Source: Epiperipatus broadwayi (Eukaryota > Animalia > Onychophora). Taken from it: 64,000 nucleotides of DNA. Each line of letters begins with the position of its first letter. The stretch's first letter is position 1. This document shows positions 13,601 through 28,010 of the stretch, piece after piece. Location of the stretch: assembly GCA_028023455.1 (NCBI GenBank), contig JAQFVV010000001.1, positions 31,186,001-31,250,000 on the forward strand, written 5' to 3'. Below the pieces are notes generated by a model. That model worked only from the letters and a program-made list of their open reading frames with translations, searched no databases and was not told where the DNA came from. A program made the translations under genes and the position numbers.

Positions 13601-14521
13601 ACTGGGAAAGAGATAAAGTTTAAATGTTAATTGAATATCAAAAGTCTAAAGTGTTGACAGCCCAGACATAAGAAAAAGGATAAAAGATTTGTTTAAAAAA
13701 GGACTATAATGTTTAATATTTGGGATTTTGGCAATGTTACATGCAGTAACTTTTTTCCATATGATGATTTCTACACTATTTTTAGATAGCAGTGCAATGA
13801 TGCTTTTGAAATACAACTGATTGTGATATAAATAAAAATATAATAGTCAAATATTGAAAGTATGAAAATAATAACTGTTATACTAGGGCTCTGTGATCAT
13901 TTGAAAAATTCATGTGAGTCATGAGTGATTTATTTTATTAAATTGATGCTTGTACTAGGTTAGAAACAATGTAGTTATTGAACATGTATGGTTAAAATTC
14001 ATAATGAAGACACACTTCATTTTTAAGGTAAATTATTCATTCATTTATTACACATAGTTACCCAGTAGAGGTATTATGATTCTATCTATATATCACAGTC
14101 AGTGACTTGCTCTATTGTTTATTAGTAAATATATGGTGATTATAAAGCAACACTTGCAGCATAGTCCCAGTATATATATATGAAAGTTGAATATAGCCCC
14201 TAACTTTTACTGTGTTCATATTCAGGTAATAGTTTATTCTATCTCAACTTTGCTATCTGGAAGATGGCTCAAATAGACTTATTAAAGTGGTTCTGCATAT
14301 GGTCAACCAATATGGGCAGAGTCCAGGCAACCAAAAAAATTCATTGGCAAAGCAATTTTTTATAAAAATTTTCATATTTAAAATTTGCTTCTTTAATCTA
14401 TAAGAAAGTGTGAATGTCTTAAGAAAATTATCACAAAATAGGACATGGAAAGAATAGAATGAGAAATAAAATATTTGTTTTTATTGCTTCATTTTTTAAA
14501 TGGAAAGAGCTGAGTATTTAG

Positions 14522-15947
14522 TGCTGGAAATAGAAGCCTAAAAAGATGGTCCATCAACATATGTAATTGATATAGTAAGAATGTATTCAGTTATGAAAAT
14601 TATTTTAAATTATTTTAAATTTAACAATATTTTTTTTGAATGTCCATGTGCATTTGTAAAGTTAATATATAAAAACATCTTATTTGGATTAAGTAATAAA
14701 AGATATTAAATTAATTTTAATAGAGGAATTTAATCCATAATGACTCTTAAATTAAAGCAAAAATGCTTGAAATAATTAAAAAAATAATAATTTGATTAGA
14801 TTTGTAGATAATAAAAAATCAATCTCCAAATCTGATTTGCAATAGTAATAAAAGAATAAAAAAATCTCTAATTCATTATGAATTTTTAATTACTAATCTA
14901 TTGTGTAGCTAATTATTGAAAAGAGAAGAAACATTTTCCTTTGTGAACTATAACTATGGCTAAAAATATATATTGCTGCATTGAAAAATTATATTGCTGT
15001 CATTTAAAATATAATTCATTCTTGCCAAAAAGAGAAACTTTTGATTTATGTATTATAATTATTATTTGTTGATATAGCTACAGAAAATGCATTACTGATT
15101 GATTTATAAGTATACTATCCTGCCATAATTATGGAATAATCTAAAAACTAAATGAGCTTGACTTTAATGCCATAATTCTGGATTGATCACAATGTTTATG
15201 ATGATGTGTGCCCCTGTCATTTTTTGAAAATGGAACATTTAAATTGAACAAATTGGAAAGAAGAAACATCATATGTTTTTACCCTATCCTGCTCATTAAT
15301 GGAAATTGTAAAATATATACCATGGTAAGACTGTTCCTTTTGAAACTTTAACAAAAGGAAATAGGTCTTAATAAGTCAGTATAATCCAGTTATTGCATTC
15401 TAATTTATTTTTTATATATTAGTTATTAAGTTATGCTTATTTAGTTATATTTTATATGCTTAGGCATTGTATTAATTTATTCTAAAATAATTATTTTTAA
15501 CTTTGTGTGCATGTGTATGAGTTAATTGTATCTTGTAAACAAATGATTATTAGTTTATAAAATTTAAGTTGTCAGTGCCATTTTATAGCACAGCCTTCAT
15601 TTCAAATGATCATGATAGCACTTATCAGATCTGTGTTTATATAACAAAATTAAATCAGAAAGGATTCTTAACCATTGAGCAAATACCAAAAGTAAACAGG
15701 AATTGGGAATTATAGAATTTGAAATTGGTCCATTTAGCATTGATTTTCTCTTTTCGTGAATAAAAAGATGCTGCCATTTTATTTAAAATAAATTACTTCT
15801 GAGTGATAAAATCTATTTTGAATCACTAGGGCTGATTTTGTAGAGATTATTGGGAAAAATAACCAATTTTTAGGTTCAATCATCTCCACCCTTATCTATT
15901 TTATATATAACTCTATAAAAGTGACACTGATTATATTTAAAGATAGT
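14522..15947 (+). repeat. ~1.45 kb diverged direct repeat, copy 2
   Basis: Colinear with 10680-12156. Confidence 0.8.
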
Positions 15948-16909
15948 GAATACAGTTTATAGTTTATATACATACTTTATAACTAAATATTAATATATTA
16001 ATTATGTTTTTGATTTTTTACAAGGATGGATTAAACTTTTTCATTCATTTTATATTAATTAAAGATGAAAACGTTTTTATGTTGGATATAGCATAAATGA
16101 AATTATTGTTTGTCTTGTAAAGTCATTGGGTGAAAATTAAGTAAGGTATATTAATCATACTTTTATTCTATAATCAAAACCTAATATTATAAATTGTACA
16201 ATAAATAAACTCTACTGTATATTTTAATAAGAATGTCACCATTTTATTTTCAGAAAGTATAGGTATAATGAAGTCACTAGCCTGTAATGTCATTAATCTT
16301 ACAAAATGACCACCATTTAAAAAAGTGGTTATTTTTTATAAAAAAAAAAATTTTTTTTAAAATTGTAATACCAAATTGTTAATACAAAATTATTAACTAT
16401 AAATCAAAATAGTGGGTATAAATTGAAGATAGTTACTATAGTGAATCCTTGATGGAAGACCCATTACTAACTGGGGAAAAAGGTATAATAAAATTGTGTA
16501 ATATCAGCATTTGCCTCTACTAGAAATTTTTTTCTTTTGGGTATCATGAATTTTTCTAAATATTCCAAAGTAGTTTTTATCCATGAATTTGAGAAGTGCT
16601 GGTCTAGGTAATAGATGTGTCTGTATGATGTTTAATAAATCAGATATCATCTGAATGTATCAGCTATTAATAATATTATTTAAAAATACATAGGTATTAA
16701 ATATAAGATGTTTATTAAATCCATAGGGAACAACATTTTACAGTGTAGCAACTGAATTAGATTATTCTAATTTAACCAATCATAAATAAGTGTTAAATGT
16801 TAAGATTTTTTGGTATTATCTATTTTATAAAAAATAGAAATAATTAATCATTCTGTGGATAGAGTTGTAAAAAAAATTATTTTTTTTGATATCAGATAAA
16901 TTATGGATG

Positions 16910-17399
16910 CTGATTTAGTTTGCGCTCATGGCCATTTTGAAATTTAAAGATGAGCCAAAATCACCACTGACATATCCAACTGATAAATGACATAAATATT
17001 GAATAAAAGTACTTGAAATTCATATTTTAAAATTATAAACTAGTAAAAATAATATGCTTTATTTCATATGGGTATATAGTATAATCTTTTAGTATTTGGA
17101 AATTATAAGTGTGGTCTGATCAGACTTCTGTATCTTTTGGATGATTCTTTGGATTGACCAAACCATCATTCTCCTTCCCCACATATTCCAGCATTTTCCA
17201 CCATCGTATTTCAAATATTTTATGAAGGTAAATTAAAAAAAAAAAAACTAATAAAATAAAGCATATTATTTTTACTAGCTTATAATTCCTAAGATATGAA
17301 TTTAAAGTACTTTTATTCAATATTGATGTCATTTATCAGTTGGATGTGTCAGCAGTGGTTTTTACATTTCAATATGGCCATGAGCACAAACTAATTCAG
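16910..17399. mobile_element. MITE/foldback element with long terminal inverted repeats
   Basis: Left arm ctgatttagtttgcgctcatggccat...ctagtaaaaataatatgctttattt is the reverse complement of the right arm aaataaagcatattatttttactag...atggccatgagcacaaactaattcag; about 160 bp per arm. Confidence 0.85.
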
Positions 17400-18391
17400 G
17401 ACGAATTATGTAATACTTACTTTAAGAGAGTAAATTTCATTGTGCTAATATCTGTATATTTGAGGGAAAAGTTTAGTACGAACATATTTTTTCCAAACAG
17501 AAATGTGCAAATAGTAAAGAAGTTGTTTTTACAGTATTTGCATCATAACTCAAAATTGGAACAACTCTATTTTTAAAAAGTTTTTGTTTTTAAAAATAAT
17601 TTAGATCAACATTTGATAACCAAGGAAAATACATAAAAAATTGATACCAGATGCATTTTGAAAAATAATGAAGATTATTGATTTATTTTTTTGTTGTAAA
17701 AGATTGTGATCTTACTATATTATTTAAATAGAAAGATGAATATATTATTTTAATGTGATTACAGATATCCTAATCATAGAAAGAGGTTTTCTAAGTATTT
17801 CATATTTTTAATAATGTTTTTTTTTTTTCAGATTTTTTTTTTTTGCGTTTGCAAGAGTTTGGCATCAATAAAGTTGAATTTTTATTTTGTATTTTTGAAA
17901 AATAACTGATGAATATATTAAATTATATAGGTGGGAAAATTAAATCCTGGGGAAATTCACTATATAAAATTTTGTATTTACTATGTTTTTAATTATATTT
18001 TGCCAAGTAAATCAATGTTTTTTTTTTATGCACTTAAGAAATTTTTTTTTTTTTTAAATAAGAGAAAAATCGTTTTTCTATATAGAAACTTAAGATTAAT
18101 TTGTTTTAAAATAATATTAGTTTATTGTTTATTTCATATGTTTTTTTTTTTAATTGTGGATTAGTAAAAGTGAATACCTTCACAGAAATAGCTTTTTTGA
18201 GGATAATTAAGATGAATGTTCCTCAAAAACCACATTTATTTGAATATAGTTTGTTCTAAAGATATTCATTCAGCTTTATACTAATGAAAAATTCATTTTT
18301 TTTTAAAAACTTGCATGGAACTCCTAAGAAGAACCTTAGACAATATGTTTGTTTTACTAAATTTATTTTGAAAAATATTGTAAAAGAGAAG

Positions 18392-18422
18392 TTAGTATTT
18401 TTCTTGCTATGATGTATTACCC
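18392..18422. repeat. Truncated arm of the ~210-bp palindromic MITE family
   Basis: ttagtatttttcttgctatgatgtattacc matches the termini of 19476-19685 and 44492-44699. Confidence 0.7.
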
Positions 18423-18801
18423 TTAACATGTTTTCTGCTGGTAAGATTTCATCAAAGATTAGATGAACAATGTCTTGGCAACTAAGACCCTGGCATGACT
18501 AATCCACTATGTGAATTTTTGTCATTTCTCTGTCTTTTGTGCTATTGTCTTATCCACATCAGTATTGAGATTTTTGGGTGTGGCCATATTGACATTTTGA
18601 TTGCTATTTTGTACTTATATTGTTACTATATTGCTATTTTCCAGTGTTTTTTTGTTTATGGTTTACTGTGATTGTGTAAATTTGAGATTTTTTTGTGACA
18701 TCATTATTAGTTACATTTACAGGTAATTTAGAATTTTTTTTTTACCAAAATGGCAATTATTGAAAGGGTATAAAAGCCAATAATTGCAGGAGGCTGCTAT
18801 T

Positions 18802-19146
18802 TGTAAGTAATTTTCATTTTGTCTGACATTTTAATAAAATTCACTTCATATCTTACATATGTCCAATATATTATTTTACTTTTGTAATTTTTTATAGAAA
18901 TTATCATTGTAAGTAATTTTCATTTTGTTTCTTACATTTTTTATATAAATTATCTTTGTAAGTAATTTTCATTTTGTTTCTTACATTTTGATAAAATTCA
19001 CTTCATATGTTACATATATCCAATATATTTTTTTACTTTTGTAATTTTTTGTAGAAATTATTATACATTTTGATAAAATTCACATCATATCTTACATATA
19101 TCCGATATATTTTTTTTACTTTTGCAATTTTTTATAAAAATTATCC
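18802..19146 (+). repeat. Irregular tandem repeat (units ~50-105 bp)
   Basis: gtaagtaattttcattttgt occurs three times and ataaaattcac.tcatat.ttacatat occurs three times. Confidence 0.85.
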
Positions 19147-19475
19147 TTATTTTCACTAGAAAATATTCCATTACTTCTTATTTTAAAATAATACCTTGAA
19201 ACATGTTTTTCACATTGCCATTTTCACATTATGACAGGTTCACAGTACACTGGGAAGAGTGTTATTTATTGTCTGTTTTATTTTTAAATTAGTTCCTTTT
19301 TTGTACAGAAATATTTATGTAATTATTTTAAAAGATATTTGTGTAATTATTTAAAAAAAATTTTAGTCATTTTATATTTTAAAAATTGTTAGTTGATTAT
19401 TATTTATTTATGTAAATTTTTTTGTTGTTACAAGAACAACAAACATGGCACCGTCCGATGTCTCTAACACATGTC

Positions 19476-19685
19476 TTCTTTAATATTTTTCTTGTTATGA
19501 TGTATTATCCTGAAGACATATTAGTCTAATCTTGTGATCTTTAAGGTAATTCCTCCACATGATCTGTAGACAAATTTTGTCAATTAAGTTTGTCCGCAAA
19601 TCACTTGGAGATATTATCTTAAAGATCAGAAGATTAAACTAATACATTTTTTGGGTAATACATCATAGCAAGAAAAATACTAAAG
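19476..19685. mobile_element. ~210-bp almost fully palindromic MITE
   Basis: ctttaatatttttcttgttatgatgtattatcc...gggtaatacatcatagcaagaaaaatactaaag; homologous to 44492-44699. Confidence 0.85.
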
Positions 19686-20621
19686 TATCTTAGTTTTGTT
19701 GAAGAATTAAAAAAATCAAGATGTCATTATATAAATAATTTAGACATTTCTTTTAGTACAGTTCTTTGTGTGTACCATATTTTGTTATAAAACTATAGTA
19801 CCTTTAACACTATTATTATTGGTATTTAGTTCAGTATGATTTGATGTGATAATATAGTATATATATATAGTATTTCACTATGAATGTGAATACTGTATAC
19901 AGAATAATTTTTTTACCAAATTTTGAAAGAGATTGTTAATCCATTCATAATTTGACTCATATTCACTAAGGCAATTTTAAAAAATTAAATAGAGTTTATC
20001 AGTTTTTCCAACCTTTCATTCTATCCAATTAAAATAAAAGTCTAAGATAAAAAGGATATGGTTAATCATCATTAACTAGAAATTTCTAGTGCTTCTAATA
20101 CTGATAAATATAAGAATGCAATTAGTTTAGATTAAATGCATTCTTCCTATCAATTCTTCTAATTTGGTATTAATTGGTAAGCAGATAATCATTTTATACA
20201 AAATTTAGTTTTTCAATAATTTTCAAATTTTATGTTTCATTATTTTGCATTTTAGTCTAAGCTTTATCACTGATGTTGTATTAGTTGCTTCAATCTCAGT
20301 TTTTTATTTGATCTAATTATGATATTTTCATTTTAATTAAAAAAACTTTTTTAACTTTTAATTTCTTTTTTACAAATTCTTTTAATTTCTGCTGTATTTT
20401 GAAATTATTTTAATTAATTTTAATTTTATATATTTTGATAACTTCTTTATGTTATTTTCAAGTTGATTTTTTTAAAGTTTTAAATTAACTTAATTAAGTT
20501 TACTATATACATTGCTATTGGAGATTATTTATGTCTTATAAAAACCAAAGAAATTTCAAATAGAGAAGTAGCAAAATAGATGTACATATATATTAAATAT
20601 TGATTATAATTGAGCAATAAT

Positions 20622-20623
<2 letters not shown>

Positions 20624-20665
<42 letters not shown>

Positions 20666-20686
20666 ATATATATATATATATATATA
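20624..20686. repeat. Interrupted (AT)n microsatellite
   Basis: Read directly from the sequence. Confidence 0.9.
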
Positions 20687-22394
20687 AAACAATAGACAAA
20701 TCACTGGGTTGCTGTTAATGAGGTCAGACTCCATATATCTGCAAAAATATCAGCTGGTGTATGGATCTGGTCTCTGATCTTAATGTTATTTATTTCTTTT
20801 TTAAAAAAGTAATTATAATATTGTGTGATGTTGGATTAAAGTTTAGATAGCATCTTATAAACCAAAGTGTAAAAAGTATAAAAGTAGTAATTCTTATAAT
20901 GGAGGAATGAGGTTGTTGATTATTAGTGAATTTGTATGAATAATGTTAGTGATGAGTATGACAAGGAAGAAGGGAGAAAAAATCCACAAGAAAGTGTTCC
21001 AATGTTTCTTCATTTCTATGGCACAGGGCATATAATGGATCTATATTTATGAAGTGTCACTTGTAGGAGAGATAATAATTAGTAGGAAGAGCTTTAACAT
21101 TTATTTTAATTAAGAAGTCTAGATATTTGGATTCCAAGTGCCAATATCTGAACTTTTTTATAATGTATTTGTTACAACAAGAAATAATGAATATTATTTG
21201 ATATGTTATTATCATTTACAATTTCATGCTTGCTAATAGCTAGTTTTATTTAGAAATAAGTTATGAGAGAGTAATGTATTTACTTATGAGGATTATTAAG
21301 GTTTTAATAAAATTATTGTTAATGGGTGATGGAGTATCAGAAATAAATTAATTTTGTATTTTTATTTAACTTTTTTTTTTTGTCATTTTTCAGATTTGGA
21401 AATTTTGATGTAAAATTGTTCTCCTATAACAAACCCATTATCGTTGGTTTCAGGACTCTTAGTCAGAAAAAGATTAAATAAAAAAATTAAAAATTTATGA
21501 ATTTAGTTCGCAAATTTCATCTATATATGTAAACTTTGATATTCATGAGATTATTTTTTTTCTCTTTATATGTATTACTATTCTATTTTTTATCATATTT
21601 AATTTTTTAAAAAAAATTTAGTTGTAAAAATATACATTTTAGAAATTAAATTGTATATTAAGTCTATTTGATATGTTAAACACAGTGTTTATTATTATGC
21701 ATGCTTTCAGGCATTCATAAATTGCTTAAAACCAAATGACATCAGAAACAAGAGTTCAGTTTATATATTTTTTACAACTTTATCTTTGATTAATGAATTT
21801 TTATTTTTATATTGCTTAATATTAAAAAATATATATTATTTACCTTTCTTGCAACTTTTTAAATATATATAGACGTTTTAATAACATTAAAGTATTTTTT
21901 TATTACTTTAAAATTCTTAATTGTTTTATATATATATTCTATCAATTTTTTTATTAAATTTTATCAGAGTGTTCTTTTTATGTTTGGAATAAATCTATTA
22001 TGTGTACATATTTATTACTTAGATGTCTTTTTTAGTTGACATCAAAATTATTCTGGTGAAAAGGAAAAGTTAATTATCTTTAATAATACTGACCTTTTCT
22101 AAAAAAAGATTTTATTATAAAATTGCTTTTTATCAAAGATATGAATCCACAAAAGAAAGAGTTATAGATAATTTTATGAAAAAATGTACATATTTTAATA
22201 AAAAATAATTAAATTGTCTATTGTCCAGGAATTCATAACAGTAATGATCATGCTTCATGAACTCTGAACTCAAAACATGCCATTCTAACAATACACCAAA
22301 TTATGAAGGACTAATATAATTTAATAAAAGGGAAAAAACAAAACATTATTATGCATTTGGTGATATTTTTTTCAATAATAATAATGATTTGTCA

Positions 22395-22663
<269 letters not shown>

Positions 22664-25519
22664 GGCTTTATTAAATGGTAATTTTTTTATAATTATATAT
22701 TAAATTAATGCCTATTTTAATTAAAGATAAGAGATAAAGAAAAACATTTTGAATAATATATATGTTGACCAGAGTACTGTCAGATTTTGCTTATCAATAT
22801 GAAAAATCAGTGGAAACAATATGTACGGATTTTAGGTTATTTGAAATCGAGGACAATCAAAAATGAAATAGTTTAAATGTTTATTCATAAAAATGTACAA
22901 TTATATGAAATAAAATATAATTATAAATATAATCTAAATTTGACATATAAAAATGTTGATTAATTAGCAGCTAAAGTGTTTTTTAAGAAGCAATGTACCC
23001 CCATAACTCAAAACATAGCTTTTTTCACAAATTAAGAGTTTAAAATAAACAGTTTTAAAATAAGTTAATTTAATGATATATATAAAGTGAAATATAAATA
23101 GTCAAAATAAAATAGCGTTGAAGTTTTACCGTAAGATTTATTATTATAAAATCTATGTGAATAATAAAAAAAATTCAATAATTTTTAATGATTTTGGGTA
23201 ATTAGACTATCTGTCAGTTTAAATAAAAAAAACAGGTTCGTCTATTTGCCTCTTTAAACATATGAAAAATTAGATTAAAAAATTCTTTCTTTTCATTGAC
23301 TCATTAGCGCCTGAGACTTTTACTAGTGCAATTACAAAGTTATTAATCCCAGGACTTCACTATTTTTAACATTTAAATTCTGATAATGAAATTGCGAAGA
23401 TTTTACAATATGCTTTTTATAAAATATTTCAAAAGAAATATGAACTGAAACTCGTAAGTTCTGAGATTAAAATATTTTTTTTCTTAAAAGAAAGAAAAAA
23501 TATATTTTTTTGTACTTTTAAGTATTTAATAATTAAAATATAAGAATAAATAAATGTTTCGTTTTTTCCCTCAAATTTTTAAAAATATATTGAGAATTTT
23601 TGGATAAATCATAATCTTTCTTCTAAGTTATTACTATTATTTTTACATAAAAGTTTTAACGATGAAGTTAAAATCTTACAATAAATATAAAATATAGTGA
23701 GTTTTGTTTAGTGGAATAATTTTATTTCAGTTCTTAACATATTATTTATACAACTACATCACTATTTATAGATTTATTACACACGTACGTACATAAACAT
23801 ATGGAAATTTGATTATTGATAGATAACTTTACAAATTATGTTTTTAATACAAAACATAAATATATAGAATACATTAACACACACATATATATATTGTAAC
23901 CTTATAACAGAAGAGAATAGAGATCAAAGGTTACCATATGGTTGCCAAAACCAAATTGTAACCCTCCAAACAAGCAATTACACTGATACCATAATGATTA
24001 TGGATTTTACACACCACAGAGAATGGGCTATTTTATAGACATACTATAATGTAAACACAAATAATAAAATCTCAATTTCTTATTAAATTTAAATCCATGT
24101 ATGAACTTATACCAAATAATGAAAAATAAAATAATGCAGAAGATAGAAAGGGTACTTTTATGCTGCACACTACATCATTAAGCACACTTGTAATAAAGAT
24201 AAATCCACTTCATATTTATTTTAAAATAATGAAAGTGTTAAATAAATGATAAATAAATTGAGTAAAAACGTTTAATGTGACCTTTGAAATGTACTCTCAT
24301 ATACAATAATATTTAATAATTTTCAGTAAATTAGATTTTCTGAATAAATGGATCTGATAATGGCAATGAAAACACAAACATATTTAAGGAATAATAAAAT
24401 ATTTATTTACAATATAATAATATTTTAATACAATAAAATAAATTTACAAGAAGCAGTAACCTTTTTAATATTGCAAATTACTATTGATATAAACATTTCT
24501 TTAATTTAAAACAAAATATATGCCCTTTTAAGCAATACCTGTAAAATTATAATTATGACATTTACATTATATTTAAGAAGCTCTCACACTTTTATTTAAA
24601 ATACTAACTACCTAGCAATTACATACACAGAATGTTAAATATATATATGCCTATAAACAGGCTACTAAAGATGACATTAAAATCACAATACCAACGTCTT
24701 TTAAAAATCAGTGTGGAAATATAACTCTAATGACATTGCAAAGATAGCTAAATATTATATAAAAATAATTATATAGGTTTAAATTTATTAATTCATATAA
24801 GGAGCAGCAGAATAACAGAACTCAATACTAACAATAAACTAACATCTCTAAAATGAAATTGTAGCAGATCTAGAAGAATAGTTGCATACATGCCTTAAAT
24901 GACATAATAAAATACACACTAATATTAGAATACTAAAACAAAATGGATGGTGATAAATAGATAAATAGGCACCTGATGACTTGACCTGGCAGTGCCAAAG
25001 CAAGTAAGCTACATTCTCTCTCATGGAGGACCTTAATAAATATACTAATAATGGAAGCCATCTAACTAAATGCCGAAATTGATATTTGTCACCAAGTAGC
25101 ATATCAATTAAAAAATAAATAAGGTATGACTTTGTTAATGATAAATTGAAAGGTAACTCACGCATATACTCATATGCATAATAATACATATACTTGGTCT
25201 AAAGATATATACTAACCAATACACTATAATTGCCAAGCAATATCAAATACAAAGTATTTTTAAGCTATTTCAACTCACACACTGACTTCCAAATATTCCA
25301 TTCACACTCATATCAAATATAGAAAAGCTGTTTTATCCTGTGCACAGTAATACATTTTTTAATATCCAGATATTACCTAAACTTTACCTAAATACCTTTT
25401 TTTACCAAATCCCTTTGAGGCATAAATAGAGATGTGGGCCTGAAAAAAATATTGACAAAAAAAAAAAGAAATTTAATTATATAAAAAACAAAAAGAGGGA
25501 GTTACTAAAGTATATAGCT

Positions 25520-27510
25520 ATAAAAATAAGATTATTATTTAAAGGAAAGGGTAAGGATAATAGAAAGTTAAATAATTATAGACCGATAGTGGTAATATCA
25601 GTTTTATATAAAGTTTTCTCTTATATGGTAGCTGGAAGAGTTGTAAAATGGATGGAAAAAAATAATGTAGTGGGGGAAATGTAAGGAGGTTTTAGGTCAG
25701 ATAGGCATATAGGAGATAGTTTGTTTGTAGTTACACAACTTATGGAGAGGAGTAGGAATTCAGATAGATCATTATATATGAGTTTTATAGATATAGAGAA
25801 AGCATATGATAGAGTAAATAGAAATAGATTATGGATAAGGTTAGCCAATTTGGGAATGGATTAAGCTTTAGTAAATATTATTAAGAAATTATATGAAAAT
25901 AATTATTATACTTATCAGTTAGGGGATATAGAATAAGTTAAAGTCAAAAATGGGGTGGGTTTAAGGCAAGGATGCCCTACGTCACCTATTTTGTTTTTGT
26001 TGTTTTTGAGTGAAATGAAGAAAGCAATAGAAAGACTAGGAAGAGGAGTAGAGAGACCATTAATAGTTGGCTAGGGAGTAAATATTTTGTCGGTATTTTT
26101 TTGCAGATGATATCTTTTTGTGTGCAGAAAGAAGAGAAGATATGGAAATTATGTTGAGGACATGTGCAAGGGTGGGTAAAGAGATGGGGATTAAATTTAG
26201 TGAAGAAAAATCAAATATAATGATGGTTAATACTGGGAAAAGAGAAGATGTAGAATTTTTATTGGGTGATATAAAGTTAAGTGTGGTGGATAGATATAGG
26301 TATTTGGGAATCATCTTATGTAATCAGGAAAATTGCTTGGATGAATGGAAGAAAAAATTGGTAAATGAAGCAAAGAAAAGAAAGGGTTTGGTAAAGAAAC
26401 TAACAGTATTTTCATATAATAAATATGATGTAGCTAGAATAGTACAGAAGGGATTTGCAGTAGCAGGGTTAACATATGGTAATGATGCATTATGTGTTAG
26501 TAAAAGGGTTTTAGATTATTTAGAGAAAGTACAAAGGGAAGTAGGAAGACATGCATTAGATGCAGAGATGTGGACAGCAAAGGAGGCAATTCAAGGAGAA
26601 ATGGGATGGCCAAGTGTTTATATGAGAGGTGCAAAAAGTAAAATGAAAATGTTTGGTAGGTTGCAGTTTATGGATAGTAAAAGAATAGCAAAAATAGTGT
26701 TCAATTGAATTATGAGTAAAGGGCAAGTAACAAGATGGGTGAGAAAGGTAATGCAGTATGCGAAAGATTTGAATAAAGAATTTATATCAGTATACTTGTA
26801 TAAAAGGTGGGATTATTGTGTTAGGAGGATTTTTGAGTGTTATAGTGGTAAGGAATGGGATAAAAGAATATAAGCATTAATAAAAAATAGGGAGTTGGAG
26901 AGATGGAGAACTAGTATGGAGGGTAAGAAGAGTTTAAATATATTTAGAAGTAAACAGAATATTGGATGTGAGTTAAATTATGATAATAATAAGGAAAGTA
27001 GTTTATTATTTAAGGCTCGAATGGGATCTTTAGCAACAAGAGAATATACATGTAAATGGAAAACTATGGATAATTTAGTGTGTAAATTGTGTAAGGAAGA
27101 TATAGAAAATATTAGGCATCTGTTGATTGACTGTAAATGCTTGAAAGCAGAAAGGGTACAGATAATGAAGTTTTGGGAGAATAGGCATGAACAAAGTGAC
27201 TATACAGAAAGTGAGTTAGTTTTTATGTTGGGTTTGCGAAGAGATAAGGGGAATTTAGATATAAAGGCCATAGAGTTGACAAAGATTATGTTGTGGAAAT
27301 GGGATGGGGCAGAATATGGGAAGACTTAAGAGTGGGGAATGGAGAATAAAATGGCTAACAGGTTTATCTGGGCATAATTGCCAAGATATTCTTGACTTCA
27401 TTTAAGGAGAAGCCAAATACATCACAAATAAAGCGGCTAACAGGTTTCTCTGGGCATAATTGTTGAGAGATTTTTAACTTCGTTTAAGAAGAAGCTACAG
27501 TACATTACAT
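25520..27510 (+). mobile_element. 5'-truncated LINE: ORF2 reverse transcriptase, C-terminal CCHC motif and 3' UTR (clade not determined)
   Basis: NNYRPIVVISVLYKVF; GGFRSDR; SFIDIEKAYDRV; GLRQGCPTSPILF; FFADD; YRYLG; then CKLCKEDIENIRHLLIDC. Includes track ORFs 26118-26708 and 26895-27329; only a few stops or frameshifts. Confidence 0.93.
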
Positions 27511-27599
27511 CACATAAATTCAAAAGTTTGAATTTAGCAGTCAAGATTTGGAAATATAAGTAGAAGGTAGGTATAAAAAATATTTTTTCAAAATAATAT

Positions 27600-28010
27600 T
27601 ATAGGTTAAAGAAAATTATACATATTGAATGTTAATATACTGAATAATAATATAAAATATAAAGGTAGGAATATATAATGTTAAAGATAATTATTAAAAA
27701 GATTAATAAGAATAAAATAAAAAATAAATGAAATAGAAATAATATATATATATATATATGATTATAGAAAGTATTAATTGAAAAATATAGAATATAAAAA
27801 AGAGTAAAATATATAATATATAAAAAGTAATAATTATAGAGAGACATATATAAAGGTATACATGGGTATATAAATAATGATTATATAAAATAGAATATAT
27901 GTATATATATAAAATGTAAAATTCTATGTTCATATATATATATATATATAGATATATATGTATATATATAAAATATAACAATATAATATATATATATATA
28001 TATATATCTT
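27600..28010. repeat. AT-rich low-complexity region
   Basis: Degenerate (AT)n runs; source of the I/Y-rich ORFs. Confidence 0.8.

Noticed and set aside
17120-17576. ORFs 17120-17332 and 17340-17576
   Set aside because: They lie in or overlap a MITE and show no protein motifs.
21394-21500. Strong acceptor followed by a 35-codon open frame (FGNFDVKLFSYNKPIIVGFRTLSQKR...)
   Set aside because: No in-phase upstream exon was found and no homology recognised.
24969-25012. CTGATGA followed by a CTTG...CAAG hairpin, as another hammerhead
   Set aside because: GAAA is replaced by TAAG and no stem I partner follows; at most a very decayed remnant.
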